Of a DNA stretch of 28,257 nucleotides, positions 1 through 10,856 are shown piece by piece (the stretch's first letter is position 1; each line of letters starts with the position of its first letter). The DNA is from Oopsacas minuta (taxonomy: Eukaryota > Animalia > Porifera), in contig JAKMXF010000310.1 of assembly GCA_024704765.1 (NCBI GenBank), positions 1,177,246-1,205,502 of the forward strand, in the 5' to 3' direction. A program made the translations under genes and the position numbers. The notes under the pieces are model-generated. The model had not been told where the DNA came from and did not search any database. It saw only the letters and a list, made by a program, of their open reading frames with translations.

Positions 1-118
1 TCTGTTGTAATTGTGGTATTGATTGTGACATCTGGAGTATTATCGGGTTCTTCGTTAGGTGGTTGACTAATAGTTTCGTAGAAAGGTTCTTGAATCGTAA
101 AGATTTGTTGTATACTAC

Positions 119-171
<53 letters not shown>
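119..171. repeat. (ATT)n microsatellite, about 17 units
   Basis: Uninterrupted TAT/ATT run seen directly. Confidence 0.97.
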
Positions 172-173
<2 letters not shown>

Positions 174-721
174 CATTAAATATTAATTATATTTTCTTCG
201 TTAAAGCCCTGCAGCCAAAATTGGATATAATTAGGGTGATATGTGGTGTGAGAACTATTGAAGATATTCGTCGGGTGTGCTGCTTCCCCTTAGTAATTAA
301 TCGGACACCAAGTGCCACTACTAGCAAAAAATTATGAAAGGAAAGGTGCCCAAATTTTCTCAGATTTCGAAAGAGAATAAATTCTACACCTTTGTACTCT
401 TCTAGAATTTTTATATTTGTTATAGTTTTTTTGCTGAAAGTAAATGAAAAATATTCATTCTATAGCACTACGTCATCGGTAATAATTCTATTGTTCCTAA
501 ATGTTAAATATTTATTAGTTAAACAATAGGTACTTCTAGTGTTGTATATAATATGCATTCATTGAATATCTAAATTTAACGGTAGCGTTAATTATCTCGA
601 TAATATTTGTGAATATAATATTTTAAACATTAACCATGGATAATTTAAAAGATCTGTATTTGCCTGATTATATAGCCTTTGAATAATGGTAGAAAATTGT
701 TCTAAACAGCAAAAGGGGGTA

Positions 722-907
722 CAGTGGAGTCTCCCAAAACGGACATTCCGAAAAGCGGACAACTCCATGCAACGGACACACCTCGTGGCACGGATTGAAT
801 TTGCCAAGCATGTAATTAATACTTAAGCAGTCTCAGAGAAGCGGACAATTCTCTACAACGGACAGAAACCATGTCCCCAACGTGTCCGTTATTTGGAGAC
901 TCCACTG
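722..907. mobile_element. pogo/Tigger-type (Tc1/mariner superfamily) MITE, 186 bp
   Basis: Left TIR CAGTGGAGTCTCCCAAAACGGACA; right end reverse-complements to CAGTGGAGTCTCCAAATAACGGACA; TA on both sides (720-721, 908-909); internal CGGACA repeats. Confidence 0.92.
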
Positions 908-1040
908 TAATTCGATACGCTAATTCCGAATTTGTATCGAAGAAATCTCCTCCACCATTCCCTTCTATTAATATTATTTAGTCAACTGATAATTATTGCA
1001 TCCTATTTATTTGTAAATAAATTGTTTGATGGATTTTATA

Positions 1041-1277
1041 TCCTCACTCAGCTCGAACAAAAAGCAAAAATTCCATCCTGTGCCGACAGCTTCGTCTATT
1101 AAGTAATTTTGTTTAAAAAGTTGCACTATTAATTGGAGGCACTATGTGTAATAAGATTAAAACTAACCTTTCATGGTGCCTCCAATTAATTGTGCCACTT
1201 TTTAAACAAAATACTTAATAGACTATGCTTTATGCACAGGTTGTAATTTTTGTTTTTTGTTCGTAATTGATTGAGGA
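1041..1277. repeat. Long imperfect inverted repeat / fold-back element: ~105-bp arms, ~25-bp spacer
   Basis: 1041-1146 pairs with the reverse complement of 1172-1277 (e.g. TTTTGTTTAAAAAGTTGCACTATTAATTGGAGGCAC vs GTGCCTCCAATTAATTGTGCCACTTTTTAAACAAAA); roughly 80-85% identity by eye. Confidence 0.88.
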
Positions 1278-2370
1278 ACTGGTAAGGACTAAAAACTTTA
1301 AATTTGGCATGTATGTGGGAAATGATAAATCTAGGAATTATTCCAAGATCTAAGCGATATCTGAAAACTCTCAGAGTTAGGTGTCAAAATGTATTGACCA
1401 ATCAGATTCGAGGTTTGACCAATTTTGCTAATCATATTATATAGGCTCTAACCCAGTATAATTAGGATGCAATGGTTCCAATCAGGCAAAACTTTTCAAA
1501 TTTCAATTTGTGAAATCTGTAACTACGTTATCTAACCGCGCTAGATTTTGTATTGTAATCAGTGTGTATAATAGTAAAATACATCAAAGAAATTTGCTAT
1601 TAGGCGGTTTCCACTCTAGTTCAATATTCGCTTATTCGGTTACCAACTGAATATCGCTGTTGGTTGGCCCAAACCGAATATTATATTATCAGTAGTATAA
1701 GGTTGATTTAATCAGAGTATCCCTTCCCTGGTGCCTACTGTAGCTCAAGAACTAGCCAACTTTTGTATTCCAAATTTTGATAATTAGTATGAAGGCGTTT
1801 ATGGGTCATTTCTTATATTACCTGTGAAATGAACAAGATAAGATTTAAGTTCAACAAGGGATCAAAGAATGGCATAATCCACCAAAGTATGCTTACTTAC
1901 ATACGTATATTTTGACATAACCAAAAATATTTTAGCATATGTTACGAATGTTTTGGTCACCAAAATTCCATAGAGTATTGTTCCAGAGGGACAAATTTTT
2001 TTGGAAATTGGTCATATCCTAAATATTTGTGTACCCCGATGGCGTAACAAGGGGGGAGTGTTGGCCTATGTCCCGGGCGGCATATTACTTCCTAGATGCC
2101 AATTAATTCAGTAATATCTATATAACATACAGGCTAACTGCATTATATCAATCCCTCGACACGAGAATTTGTTTTCGCTTGCAACGTTCGCTTGTCCAAA
2201 TAATCCGCTTCCCTATAAAGTTGATTAACAACTGGCTCATCCAACAATCTAACAAAACCACTCTGATAATGACAGACTTGTGGATTTCATTTATCAAAAT
2301 CATTTTCAAATGATTGAGCGGTTGCGAACACTTCGTGTCCGCACTCGGGTCTAGGGCCCTCGAGTACATA

Positions 2371-2779
2371 ATCTTATAATCTTATAATCTTAACAGTAGC
2401 AAACATTTACTGTCATAATCTTTATATCTACTTACATTATGTCCCCAAAATAAACTAATATTTATGTAATGGTGTTCGCAATATCATATTTGGACTCAGC
2501 ATATTCGATTACCCCAGTATAGCCGTTGAAACTATGAATCACTAAGAATTGTAAATATGTTTACTTTATGTACCTAAAAAGTAAATAATGTTATTTCCAA
2601 TATCATAATTGGACTCAACATACTCGATTACCCCAGTACAATGTTGTTTGGTTGTTGTATGTTGTGTAATATTTGGTGCTGGACTTGTGAACTAAACCTA
2701 TATGTTTTTATTTTCGGGCGTGACAGACACACAAACACAAATTGAGATTTCATATTACAATTATCTTATATTTGCAGAT
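2371..2779 (+). mobile_element. Putative non-autonomous Helitron-like element with an internal ~119-bp tandem duplication
   Basis: ATCTTATA x3 at the 5' end; direct repeat CAATATCATATTTGGACTCAGCATATTCGATTACCCCAGTA (2479-2519) and a near-identical copy at 2598-2638; GACAGACACACAAAC microsatellite-like tract near a 3' ...AGAT end. Family call rests on general resemblance to Helitron-derived repeats only. Confidence 0.4.
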
Positions 2780-2817
2780 GGAGTGGCCAGTGGATTGATG
2801 TCTGGGTCCTCTTAGCT

Positions 2818-3395
2818 CAAGGGTGCTCAAATCGTGGCCCGTAGGTAATTCGCTTGCTTTATTTATTCATATATATACAGTAGATTGACGTGCTCCCATC
2901 GTCAGATAATAATTGGTTTTCTAATCACCATATAGAAATAATTATAGACTCTACAAATGCATTAATGTTCCTAGTATGAACAAAGTATTTGGCAACTATA
3001 GTTTGCGTTTACGAATTCTTTCAATTATCGGAGCTTCACAAGTATACTTAGGAAGCAGAACCTAAATTGAAATGGCGAGATTTTTCTGCAATGTTATTCT
3101 AGTATGAATAGTACATAATGTACCCCTAATCTAGGTTTAGTACTATTGTCCACTTGCTAGAAAACAAGCTAAGTTCAAAAGAGACATCAAATGATTCGAA
3201 TCCATTTAAAAGATTATAATTTAAGTCAATAATCTGAATATACAAGTAGAATCCATTGTTAATGCAATATGAGGTCAAATAGTATAGCTTGAAAATTGAT
3301 TAAACCAAAGCCAGAGGCGATCTATGATTTGTGGCCCGTAAAGCGGTACCAAATTTTTAAAGTGGCCCGTACATTTAGAAGTTTGAGCACCCCTG
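2818..3395. mobile_element. Non-autonomous hAT, Buster/Charlie type, 578 bp
   Basis: TIR CAAGGGTGCTCAAA / CAGGGGTGCTCAAA; 8-bp TSD TCTTAGCT (2810-2817) / TCTTATCT (3396-3403) with the central TA typical of Buster targets; GTGGCCCGTA subterminal repeats at both ends. Confidence 0.88.
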
Positions 3396-4420
3396 TCTTA
3401 TCTCAATATAGACAGAAATTATTATAATAGGTTCTAAAGCTGTCAACGCAAGTCTCTCATGAAGGACCCCAGATAAATCTCGCCTCCAGCTTCCAATGGA
3501 GTCGATTACGCTAGTTGAGGCAGCATTATTTTATTCCGCCATGGGCGGCATTTTGTCGTGGTACGCCACTGGTACCCCCAGCTTGGGATATTTATGTTTT
3601 GTCCACTTATTGAAAGGAAATTCTGTAGAAGAACACGGGAGCAATAAGGCATAAATAATCGAGATCAATTTGGTATTTTTGGCACTGTATCGTCATGCAA
3701 CTATAAGAATATTCCGCCTTACCATTTTTGAAATAGATGTCCCGCGCCTTTGGAAATGGATACGCCAAAATCTCTATGGAATATTCTTCCTATGACCATT
3801 TTCCCATAGAATTTCGTCATTGTAAAACAACTTTGGGGCACAAAGGGCGTCTTGGAATTGGAGAAAATCGCAACCCTACCTGCCTGGGGGCTAAGCAATT
3901 TAAAAAAACACAATTGAACTCGGGTAAGACCTCGGGAGACCAAAATTAGTGCCTACTAACCAAGTGTACGTAGTTTATGAATTCTATAGTATAGTGCAAC
4001 CCCTAATAAATTATTGGATCACTCGAAATTGCCTCCCTCCAATTTAGTAGAATTTTATCCTGGAGTATCCACCATCCTAAGCCCGCGATATCCAACGTAA
4101 TTTCATTTCCCCACCCAGGGAATTTGAGTTTCAGACACTTGTATTTCTAGTGCAAAATCTATAAGTTACATGTAGGCTTACACAGTGTGCTTATTAGGGT
4201 CACCATTATAACTAGGCATGTTTTATGTGGTCTATTGAGGAAATCGACACCATAAATTTCAAAATTTCGTTTAAATTTTCCGTATTATTACCACTATTGG
4301 AAATATGACGTCTCTTCGGTGATTTTATTCTTTTAATATTCATGGTTCAATAATATTTTTGTTATTTCTATTATTGAATTTCTTGTATCAAGTTAAGTTT
4401 CCTAATAGTATGGATTATAG

Positions 4421-5015
4421 TATATATGTTGTTGTCAGGGGCGGAATCAGGATATAATCTCCGGGGGGGCCAAGTTGCGAGCATAGCGAGTTATCCGTAA
4501 GGAGTGTCTGGGTGGCACGCCCCACACAAATCTTTAATGTTATACGGTGAAATAGCGAACTACAGCTATTTCTACTACTTATGGAGGGACAATTTAGGTG
4601 AATTTATCTTATTAGTTATTCATTTTGAGACAGAAATAGATTTCACAATCTCAGGGGGGTGGCTATGGCACCCCAGCCCCTGTATCTGCTCCTGGTAGTG
4701 GTGCAAACGCGAGTAGAGTTGTAATAGAAAGTATATTTCAGAAAAACTAATTATTTATATACGTAGTACACATATTGGATAACGTATTGGAGTGTATTGT
4801 GAAACTACCAGAACGCAATAGATTTCGAGAATAATCAATTTTTGTTATAATCTATAGACACTTCGCTACTTGACTACATACGTATATAAAAAATAGTTTT
4901 TTAAATATACCACTATTCTCTATTACAACTCTACTCGCGTTTACACCAGTGTGAACGCATGTCACTTGCATACATGCGTGTACGCCAATCTCGCGTTTAC
5001 ACTGCAACATATATA
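4421..5015. mobile_element. Palindromic / fold-back element with GCGTTTACAC motifs (PIF/Harbinger-like motif); left TIR interrupted by a hAT MITE
   Basis: Inner inverted repeat 4699-4770 vs 4872-4948 (~70-bp arms). With the 4436-4694 MITE removed, the left end reads TATATATGTTG..GTGCAAACGCGAG and pairs with CTCGCGTTTACACTGCAACATATATA (4990-5015). Confidence 0.65.
4436..4694. mobile_element. hAT-type MITE, 259 bp
   Basis: TIR CAGGGGCGGAATCAGG / CAGGAGCAGATACAGG; degenerate 8-bp TSD GTTGTTGT (4428-4435) / GTAGTGGT (4695-4702); G-rich and C-rich subterminal tracts. Confidence 0.8.
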
Positions 5016-5479
5016 TTTGTAACTAGCTATTAATATAATAATGAACCATGTGTAGTTTTTCCCTTTACTAATTTTCTTTAATTCATTATCATTCTCCATA
5101 CTATGCTATTATATAAGATATCATGGTAAGCGTTGTTTGAATGGGAGTTTGAGGAAGTCGTTTTCATGAACATCATCAAAGAGTTGCCGAGCATCACTAA
5201 TTAAGCTGTTAATGGAGATCCAGAACGAACCCAGCAATGCTTTTCATTTCTTCATAAGATGCAGTGTACAATTGCAGAATCTTACACCCCCCCAACTTTT
5301 TTAATGTGGTCAAAAATCCCTATATGCACCGTTCAAGAACTCGTTGAGAGAAGTTGATAGAGCTAAACAACTCCATAATCGGATTAAAAGTGACAAAGTT
5401 ACGAAAAATTTACTCCCTTAGCCAAATCCTATGGGGAAAATTGTATTACTCACTAAAGTCAAATTGTATTGATTTATAC

Positions 5480-8045
5480 CATGGGCGCAAAGTTTTACGT
5501 TTTGTGATAAAAGAGAGGGGGGCGCGAAGTTCCGATGAGTATTTTTTGCATTATTATTTGTATCTTGTATATTTGTTATTAGCATTATAGTATTAATATG
5601 TCTCAATCCTCTTCTCCCATATCTAAGAAATGTAAATCGTGTCATGAGCTTCAAGACAATCTTTGATGAGTCAGTTCATGGTTTGCACTCATCAGCATGG
5701 ACATTCGCACCCTGACTCGGACGCCAATATTCTCGCCCAGCAGCCCCAAACCTCGCCCCAAACCTCTCAGGGCAGCGGACAGACTCAGTCCAGGATGAAA
5801 GGACGTCAGTTTCGAGAAGAGTGGAAGATAACCTTTCCGTGGCTTGTAGCAAGGGACGCGAAATGTTTTTGCAACATGTGCTCGTGGATGACAGAAGGTA
5901 AACGCTGGTCTCCTACTGACTAGTTTTCTACCAAATTCACCGTGACTGGGTTCTCCAACTGGAAGAAAGCGCTGTCTGGAGCTATGAAGTCGGATGGGAA
6001 ACACTCTGCTGGAAGTTTTCAAAAGCATGAGCGAAGTAAAGCACATGCCAAGGCTCTAGTTGCTTTTACAACCTCGCAACAAAGGAATGATACTGCTAGC
6101 CTGCTCAGTGAGGCATTCAAAGCCTCAAAGATCAAGGGAAGAGTCGCTATGACTGCAATATTCAAGTGTTCCAGATTTTTGACCAGACAAGGACTTCCGT
6201 TTCGTGGACATCTTCAAAACACCGGAAATGCTACCGAGTTACTCAAGCTGTGCGGAAGGTTCGACCCCTCCATCGCAGAGTAGATCTGCCGATCGTCAAC
6301 CCAGGACAGTAGCAAATACACTTGGACTAACTGGGACACTCAGAATGGTGTGTTGCTGACTTTGTCACGCATGGTGCTACGCAAAATAGTCCAAGATGTT
6401 CGCAATTGTGGGTGTTGGTCTCTGTTAATAGACGAATCTCAGGATATGACAATAAAGGAGCAGGTTGTTTTCGCTGTGCGTATCGTTTACCCAGAAACCT
6501 TTGAAGTGTCCGAACGATTCTTCGGATTCGCAGAGACAGCTGAAACTACTGGGATGCACTGGCGAAGCTGGCGGAGGTATCTCTAACTGTAATAGGTCTT
6601 GACTTTCAGGGAATGCATGGGATGGCATTTGATGGTGCAGCTTCAATGACGGGCAAGAGCAAGGGAGTTCTAACCCGCCTGGGAAGCAAATGTCCGTTTG
6701 CACGGTTTTCATATTGTAAGGGACACTGCCTCAACCTGGTCCTGCAGGAAGCTATGAGACAGGGTGCTTCCATGAAGAGATGCATTGACATAATACAGTC
6801 AGTGACTGTCTATGTGAAGAGTAGCCCGAGAAGGCTTGCTTCGTTCACTGAATTCGATAACGGGCTTGAAGATTATGTGGAGACTGAGAAGTTGAAGAAG
6901 TTGTGCCCAACGCGATGGGTCATGCGGATGCCGGCTGTGAGAGCAATACTTCAGAACTACGCACACTTACTGGATTGGTTCCAGCAGTAAATCTCGGAAG
7001 GAAAAAGAGAAGACAAGCAAGCAGCCCTCATTCACATCGACAACCTTAGCGACTTCTCTGTTTTCTTTTCTTTGAATACTCTGATGCGGCTGTTCGAGAT
7101 GGTGCATCCAATCACAAGTGGGTTCAAGGAGTCAACATCCCGATTTCAGAGACCAGAAAGTCCTTCGCGACGCTTGCTAGACTGCTGCATTTTGAGGCTG
7201 TTGTCCAAGGGGGTGAGTTCTACCGCCAGTGCAAGGCTACTTCAGAGGAAATGGACATAGAGGCTCCCACTGTTCCACGGGGTCTGAATATTTCAGAGAG
7301 ACGTACTTCATGTCTCAGTATAGGGCTCTCTTTCAAACTGCTCTCGATGAGATCGAAGAACGTTTCCATGTGGACGAGGCTATTGTGGCCCTAGAAGATG
7401 TTCTGATTCGTTCTCCAGAGACTGAGGCATCAGAGGTGGCCATCATGACTGTTAGTGAGGTGTTCACAGTGGATGTGGATGCTAAGGCCCTTAGACGTGA
7501 GGTGAAGACAGTGAGGCTAATCAAACCGGACAGAGATGAGTGGCATGTTTTCGACTTTGTGTCAGAATTTCAGTCTGATTCCATGTTGCGCGTGGTCCTA
7601 CCTAACATTTGTTCCTGTTTACGTCTGTTCCTTGTCCAAGCTTCAACCACTTGTAATGCAGAGCGCGCCTTCTCTGTTATGAGGAGGCTGAGGGCTTACC
7701 TCAGAAGCATATGTGGTCAAGCTCGTTTCAATCACGGAGCAATCTGTCACGTGCACGCTGACCGCTTGGACAAAGTCGATATCCAAGAGGTAGTGGATGA
7801 ATGGAGAGATTCCAAAGGCATGGTGGTGAGACAGAACCAAGTGGCCTCAAGGGTGGAGTGGAACAACAAATAATATGTATGAAATTCAAATGACCCATAT
7901 ATTTAATCTGTACCAATATTGTTAGTACAATTTGAGTTAACATCTAAAGTCGGGCGCGGTTGTTACAGCCACTCTACTGGCCCCTTCTAAAATTTTCTAG
8001 GAGGGGCCGCATGCCCCCCTGCGCCCCCCCGTGTTTCCGCCTATG
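5480..8045 (+). mobile_element. Full-length hAT transposon (Tip100/ZMYM1-like transposase), 2566 bp
   Basis: TIR CATGGGCGCAAAG / CATAGGCGGAAAC; perfect 8-bp TSD ATTTATAC (5472-5479 and 8046-8053); encloses a hAT transposase relic. Confidence 0.95.
5663..7873 (+). pseudogene. hAT transposase pseudogene (TTF-type zinc finger, DUF4371-like region, RNase H-like core, hATC dimerisation domain)
   Basis: Motifs FREEWKITFPWL..CFCNMC..GFSNWKKA..HERSKAH, RQGLPFRGH, LLIDESQD, AFDGAASMTG, CKGHCLNL, CPTRW, STTCNAERAFSVMRRL. In-frame stops at 5921, 6281 and 6988; frameshifts at ~6552, ~7121 and ~7280. Confidence 0.93.
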
Positions 8046-8250
8046 ATTTATACATTACAATTACCATAGGAATGCTCATACTGTTGACATTTCGGTCATA
8101 CACGCTTGTTACTCTACTCTTTCATGTTCATTTGTTTGTTCTTCAGTGTATTTCACTGCACATAATTCTTTTACTTTAAAGTAAAGCTGGTGATAAGATA
8201 ATGCTGTCTGCAACACTAAATATACAGTGCGACATTTCATTGAATATTTT
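8046..8250 (-). repeat. Dispersed repeat, copy 1 (continues left of the hAT at ~5445-5479); inverted relative to copy 2 at 10857-11066
   Basis: The reverse complement of 8046-8137 matches 10950-11041 with about five differences over ~92 bp (CATGAAAGAGTAGAG.AACAAGCGTGTAT..ACCGAAAT.TCAACAGTATGAGCATTCCTATGG.AATTGTAATGTATAAAT); weaker similarity extends to 8250/10857. Confidence 0.88.
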
Positions 8251-8562
8251 ATACAATGGCCCCTCGATAATTCAAACCTAGTTAATAGATTCCCGATATG
8301 ACACATATATTTGCATATATTTGTTTCCTAAAATGGTAGTTCAATTTGTGTTACTCCGGCCAAGGCAAACCAATTTGATCTTTCGTTTGTGTTTGTATCA
8401 CTGTTAGAAACAATTCATGTACTATTTAATCGCATAGTTATTGATCCAGCTTCTCTCCAGGTGCGTTAGTAATGTTGCAACAAAGTTTCATGGATTTCTA
8501 CTTATGATAGTGGACAGAATATTATATATATATGGCACCCCATGGCTGGATATAATACTATG

Positions 8563-9242
8563 GGTAGTCGTTATATTTGGAGTAACTAATTAGTATTAAG
8601 CTTTCTATCTTCTACTTTAATTACAAATCTACAATATAACAAGTACTGCTATAAAAGAATCGCTAAAGCTGAAGTATGGTACAGTTAGACAACTGGATAT
8701 TGGTTCCTTATTTCCATGATAAGGTTGGAGAAACTAGCTTCTCCATATTATTTCTGCCAACAAACTTCAGATAAGTGAGTATCTAAAAGTATGGGGTTAG
8801 TAGTCATGCAATTCCTCAGCCTTTTCTTCGCGCCACCCCATGTACTCTCAACTGTTTTGCGTATGTACACCTATAGTAGGGTCAACAAAATTGAGGCTAT
8901 GGTTGACGGTGAGATGCTGAAAACTTGCAGGGGGGATAGAATTATACGAAGCCCATTCGTTAGAAAGTATGGTAGTGCCAGGAAGAATAGATCTCTGGAT
9001 GAGAGGGACTAATGTTGCAGCCGACCTGTCTTAAACAGGTATCACAAAGATATCTTTTGTCTCTCTATCTATTCCTCCAAATACCCATTGACCTGATAGC
9101 ATACGACCTCTTGAATACTTTCGATGTCCAAACTTTGATTCATCTATTTGTACAATATGCCCAGGCCCTCCAATTGGTTGAGGATTGACTAAAAATTCCT
9201 CAACACATAGGTCTCTGAGGAAGTTCTTCCAGTCTGTTATAG
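8563..9242 (-). mobile_element. Merlin (IS1016/ISXO2-like DDE) transposon, 3' half; truncated by the assembly gap
   Basis: Minus-strand translation DWKNFLRDLCVEEFLVNPQPIGGPGHIVQIDESKFGHRKYSRGR..WVFGGIDRE..ILPGTTILSNEWASY..HLTVNHSLNFVDP..HTQ.VESTW..EIRNQYPVV* (stop 8685-8687; internal stop 9031-9033; frameshifts). Candidate terminus GGTAGTCGTTATATTTGG at ~8563. Confidence 0.9.
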
Positions 9243-9876
9243 NNNNNNNNNNNNNNNNNNNNNNNNNNNNNNNNNNNNNNNNNNNNNNNNNNNNNNNNNN
9301 NNNNNNNNNNNNNNNNNNNNNNNNNNNNNNNNNNNNNNNNNNNNNNNNNNNNNNNNNNNNNNNNNNNNNNNNNNNNNNNNNNNNNNNNNNNNNNNNNNNN
9401 NNNNNNNNNNNNNNNNNNNNNNNNNNNNNNNNNNNNNNNNNNNNNNNNNNNNNNNNNNNNNNNNNNNNNNNNNNNNNNNNNNNNNNNNNNNNNNNNNNNN
9501 NNNNNNNNNNNNNNNNNNNNNNNNNNNNNNNNNNNNNNNNNNNNNNNNNNNNNNNNNNNNNNNNNNNNNNNNNNNNNNNNNNNNNNNNNNNNNNNNNNNN
9601 NNNNNNNNNNNNNNNNNNNNNNNNNNNNNNNNNNNNNNNNNNNNNNNNNNNNNNNNNNNNNNNNNNNNNNNNNNNNNNNNNNNNNNNNNNNNNNNNNNNN
9701 NNNNNNNNNNNNNNNNNNNNNNNNNNNNNNNNNNNNNNNNNNNNNNNNNNNNNNNNNNNNNNNNNNNNNNNNNNNNNNNNNNNNNNNNNNNNNNNNNNNN
9801 NNNNNNNNNNNNNNNNNNNNNNNNNNNNNNNNNNNNNNNNNNNNNNNNNNNNNNNNNNNNNNNNNNNNNNNNNNNN
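9243..9876. other. Assembly gap (634 N)
   Basis: N run; ORF 9185..9880 in the track is an artefact of it. Confidence 0.99.
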
Positions 9877-10856
9877 TTAGTTATATTTCCCTGATATTCC
9901 TTTTATACTTGACTTAAGATTGATCGTTTGGAATGTATTCTTTAATTATATGTAATAATTACATGTGGTTTGCATGCCACTTTCCTAAACCATTTGTTGT
10001 TCAACTCAGTCACCAACCAAGCAGCATTCCCATTATACTAAATTTTGATGTAATTGATACTGGTATAGCTATGAACACATCAATAAATCTATACAATAGA
10101 AATTAAATCTGAAACAACTTATTAGGACCACACTTCTCATGTTTAATCTTAAGCAAATTTTACTACATTTTAGGTGGTTGTTGGTTGTAAAATAAAAGTT
10201 ATGTAAATAATGAAAAATCTCATAATCCAATAAATTTCTCATTCGGATCGTTATATTGTCTTCCATGAATCATTGTTGATAACAATCGCTAGAAATAGGA
10301 TTAGATTGGCCTTATTAATTCCAAATTGAGCGATGTACCTAGTACCTAGCTTACTGCAATTTCCTAAATCAAGAGGAAATTGTCTTGATTGAGTCCGTAC
10401 CGGTCCAGAGCACTACGATATAATGAGATGTTTTGCAGTTACAAACTGATTACACTTGCTCAAGTTGACCTAAAATAGACATTTGAGCCAGGCAACATAA
10501 CACCATATTCTATTAGCTATCCAAGATTTGATACTTGTGATTTGCACTGGCTAAACATTCTCGGGGTATTACAGTGACAAGTGTCAACCTCATACTTGCC
10601 AACCTGAGTGAAGAAAAAAGCGGGACATAAGGGTCTAATTGAGCGTAACATCGTCGGATGTATCATATTTGTATTTGACTGGACTACAAAATAGAGGGAC
10701 AATTACGGGTTTTGGCAAATTTTGACCGGACATTAGCTTCATTGGCAGTCAACACATATCCGGGCGAGAAATCGGGATGTTCCCCAACCAATGGAACTTG
10801 GCAAATATGGTAACGTTTGAACGACTTCATATACAGGATGCAATTTAGTTGCAAGC

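Larger units (their letters stand above)
2037..3571. mobile_element. Old non-autonomous hAT-like element carrying two nested insertions; apparent 6-bp TSD
   Basis: Left end CGATGGCGTAAC, right end reverse-complements to CAGTGGCGTACC; GGGCGGCA subterminal motif near both ends (2074-2081 region, 3543-3550); GTACCC flanks both ends directly (2031-2036, 3572-3577). Confidence 0.55.

Noticed and set aside
1-116. Open minus-strand frame IQQIFTIQEPFYETISQPPNEEPDNTPDVTINTTITT preceded by a possible AG acceptor next to the ATT microsatellite
   Set aside because: Too short, runs off the window and has no recognisable domain; it could be a host exon but cannot be supported.
1600-1625. TTA + GGCGGTTTCCACTCTAG, a PIF/Harbinger-like 5' end
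   Set aside because: No matching opposite end or TSD found.
2960-3100. Possible Buster transposase remnant inside the 578-bp hAT
   Set aside because: No frame gave convincing motifs.
3708-3722. 15-mer AATATTCCGCCTTAC shared with 20388-20402
   Set aside because: The match does not extend, and one 15-bp match in a 28-kb AT-rich window is compatible with chance.
9185-9880. 231-aa ORF in the track
   Set aside because: Artefact of the N gap.
9960-10700. Short minus-strand frames with GT/AG-like edges (e.g. YNGNAAWLVTELNNKWFRKVACKPH) that might be host exons
   Set aside because: No identifiable protein and no consistent exon chain could be built.
10690-10820. hAT-like right end (GGACA repeats, ..AAATATGGTAACG)
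   Set aside because: No left end or TSD located.
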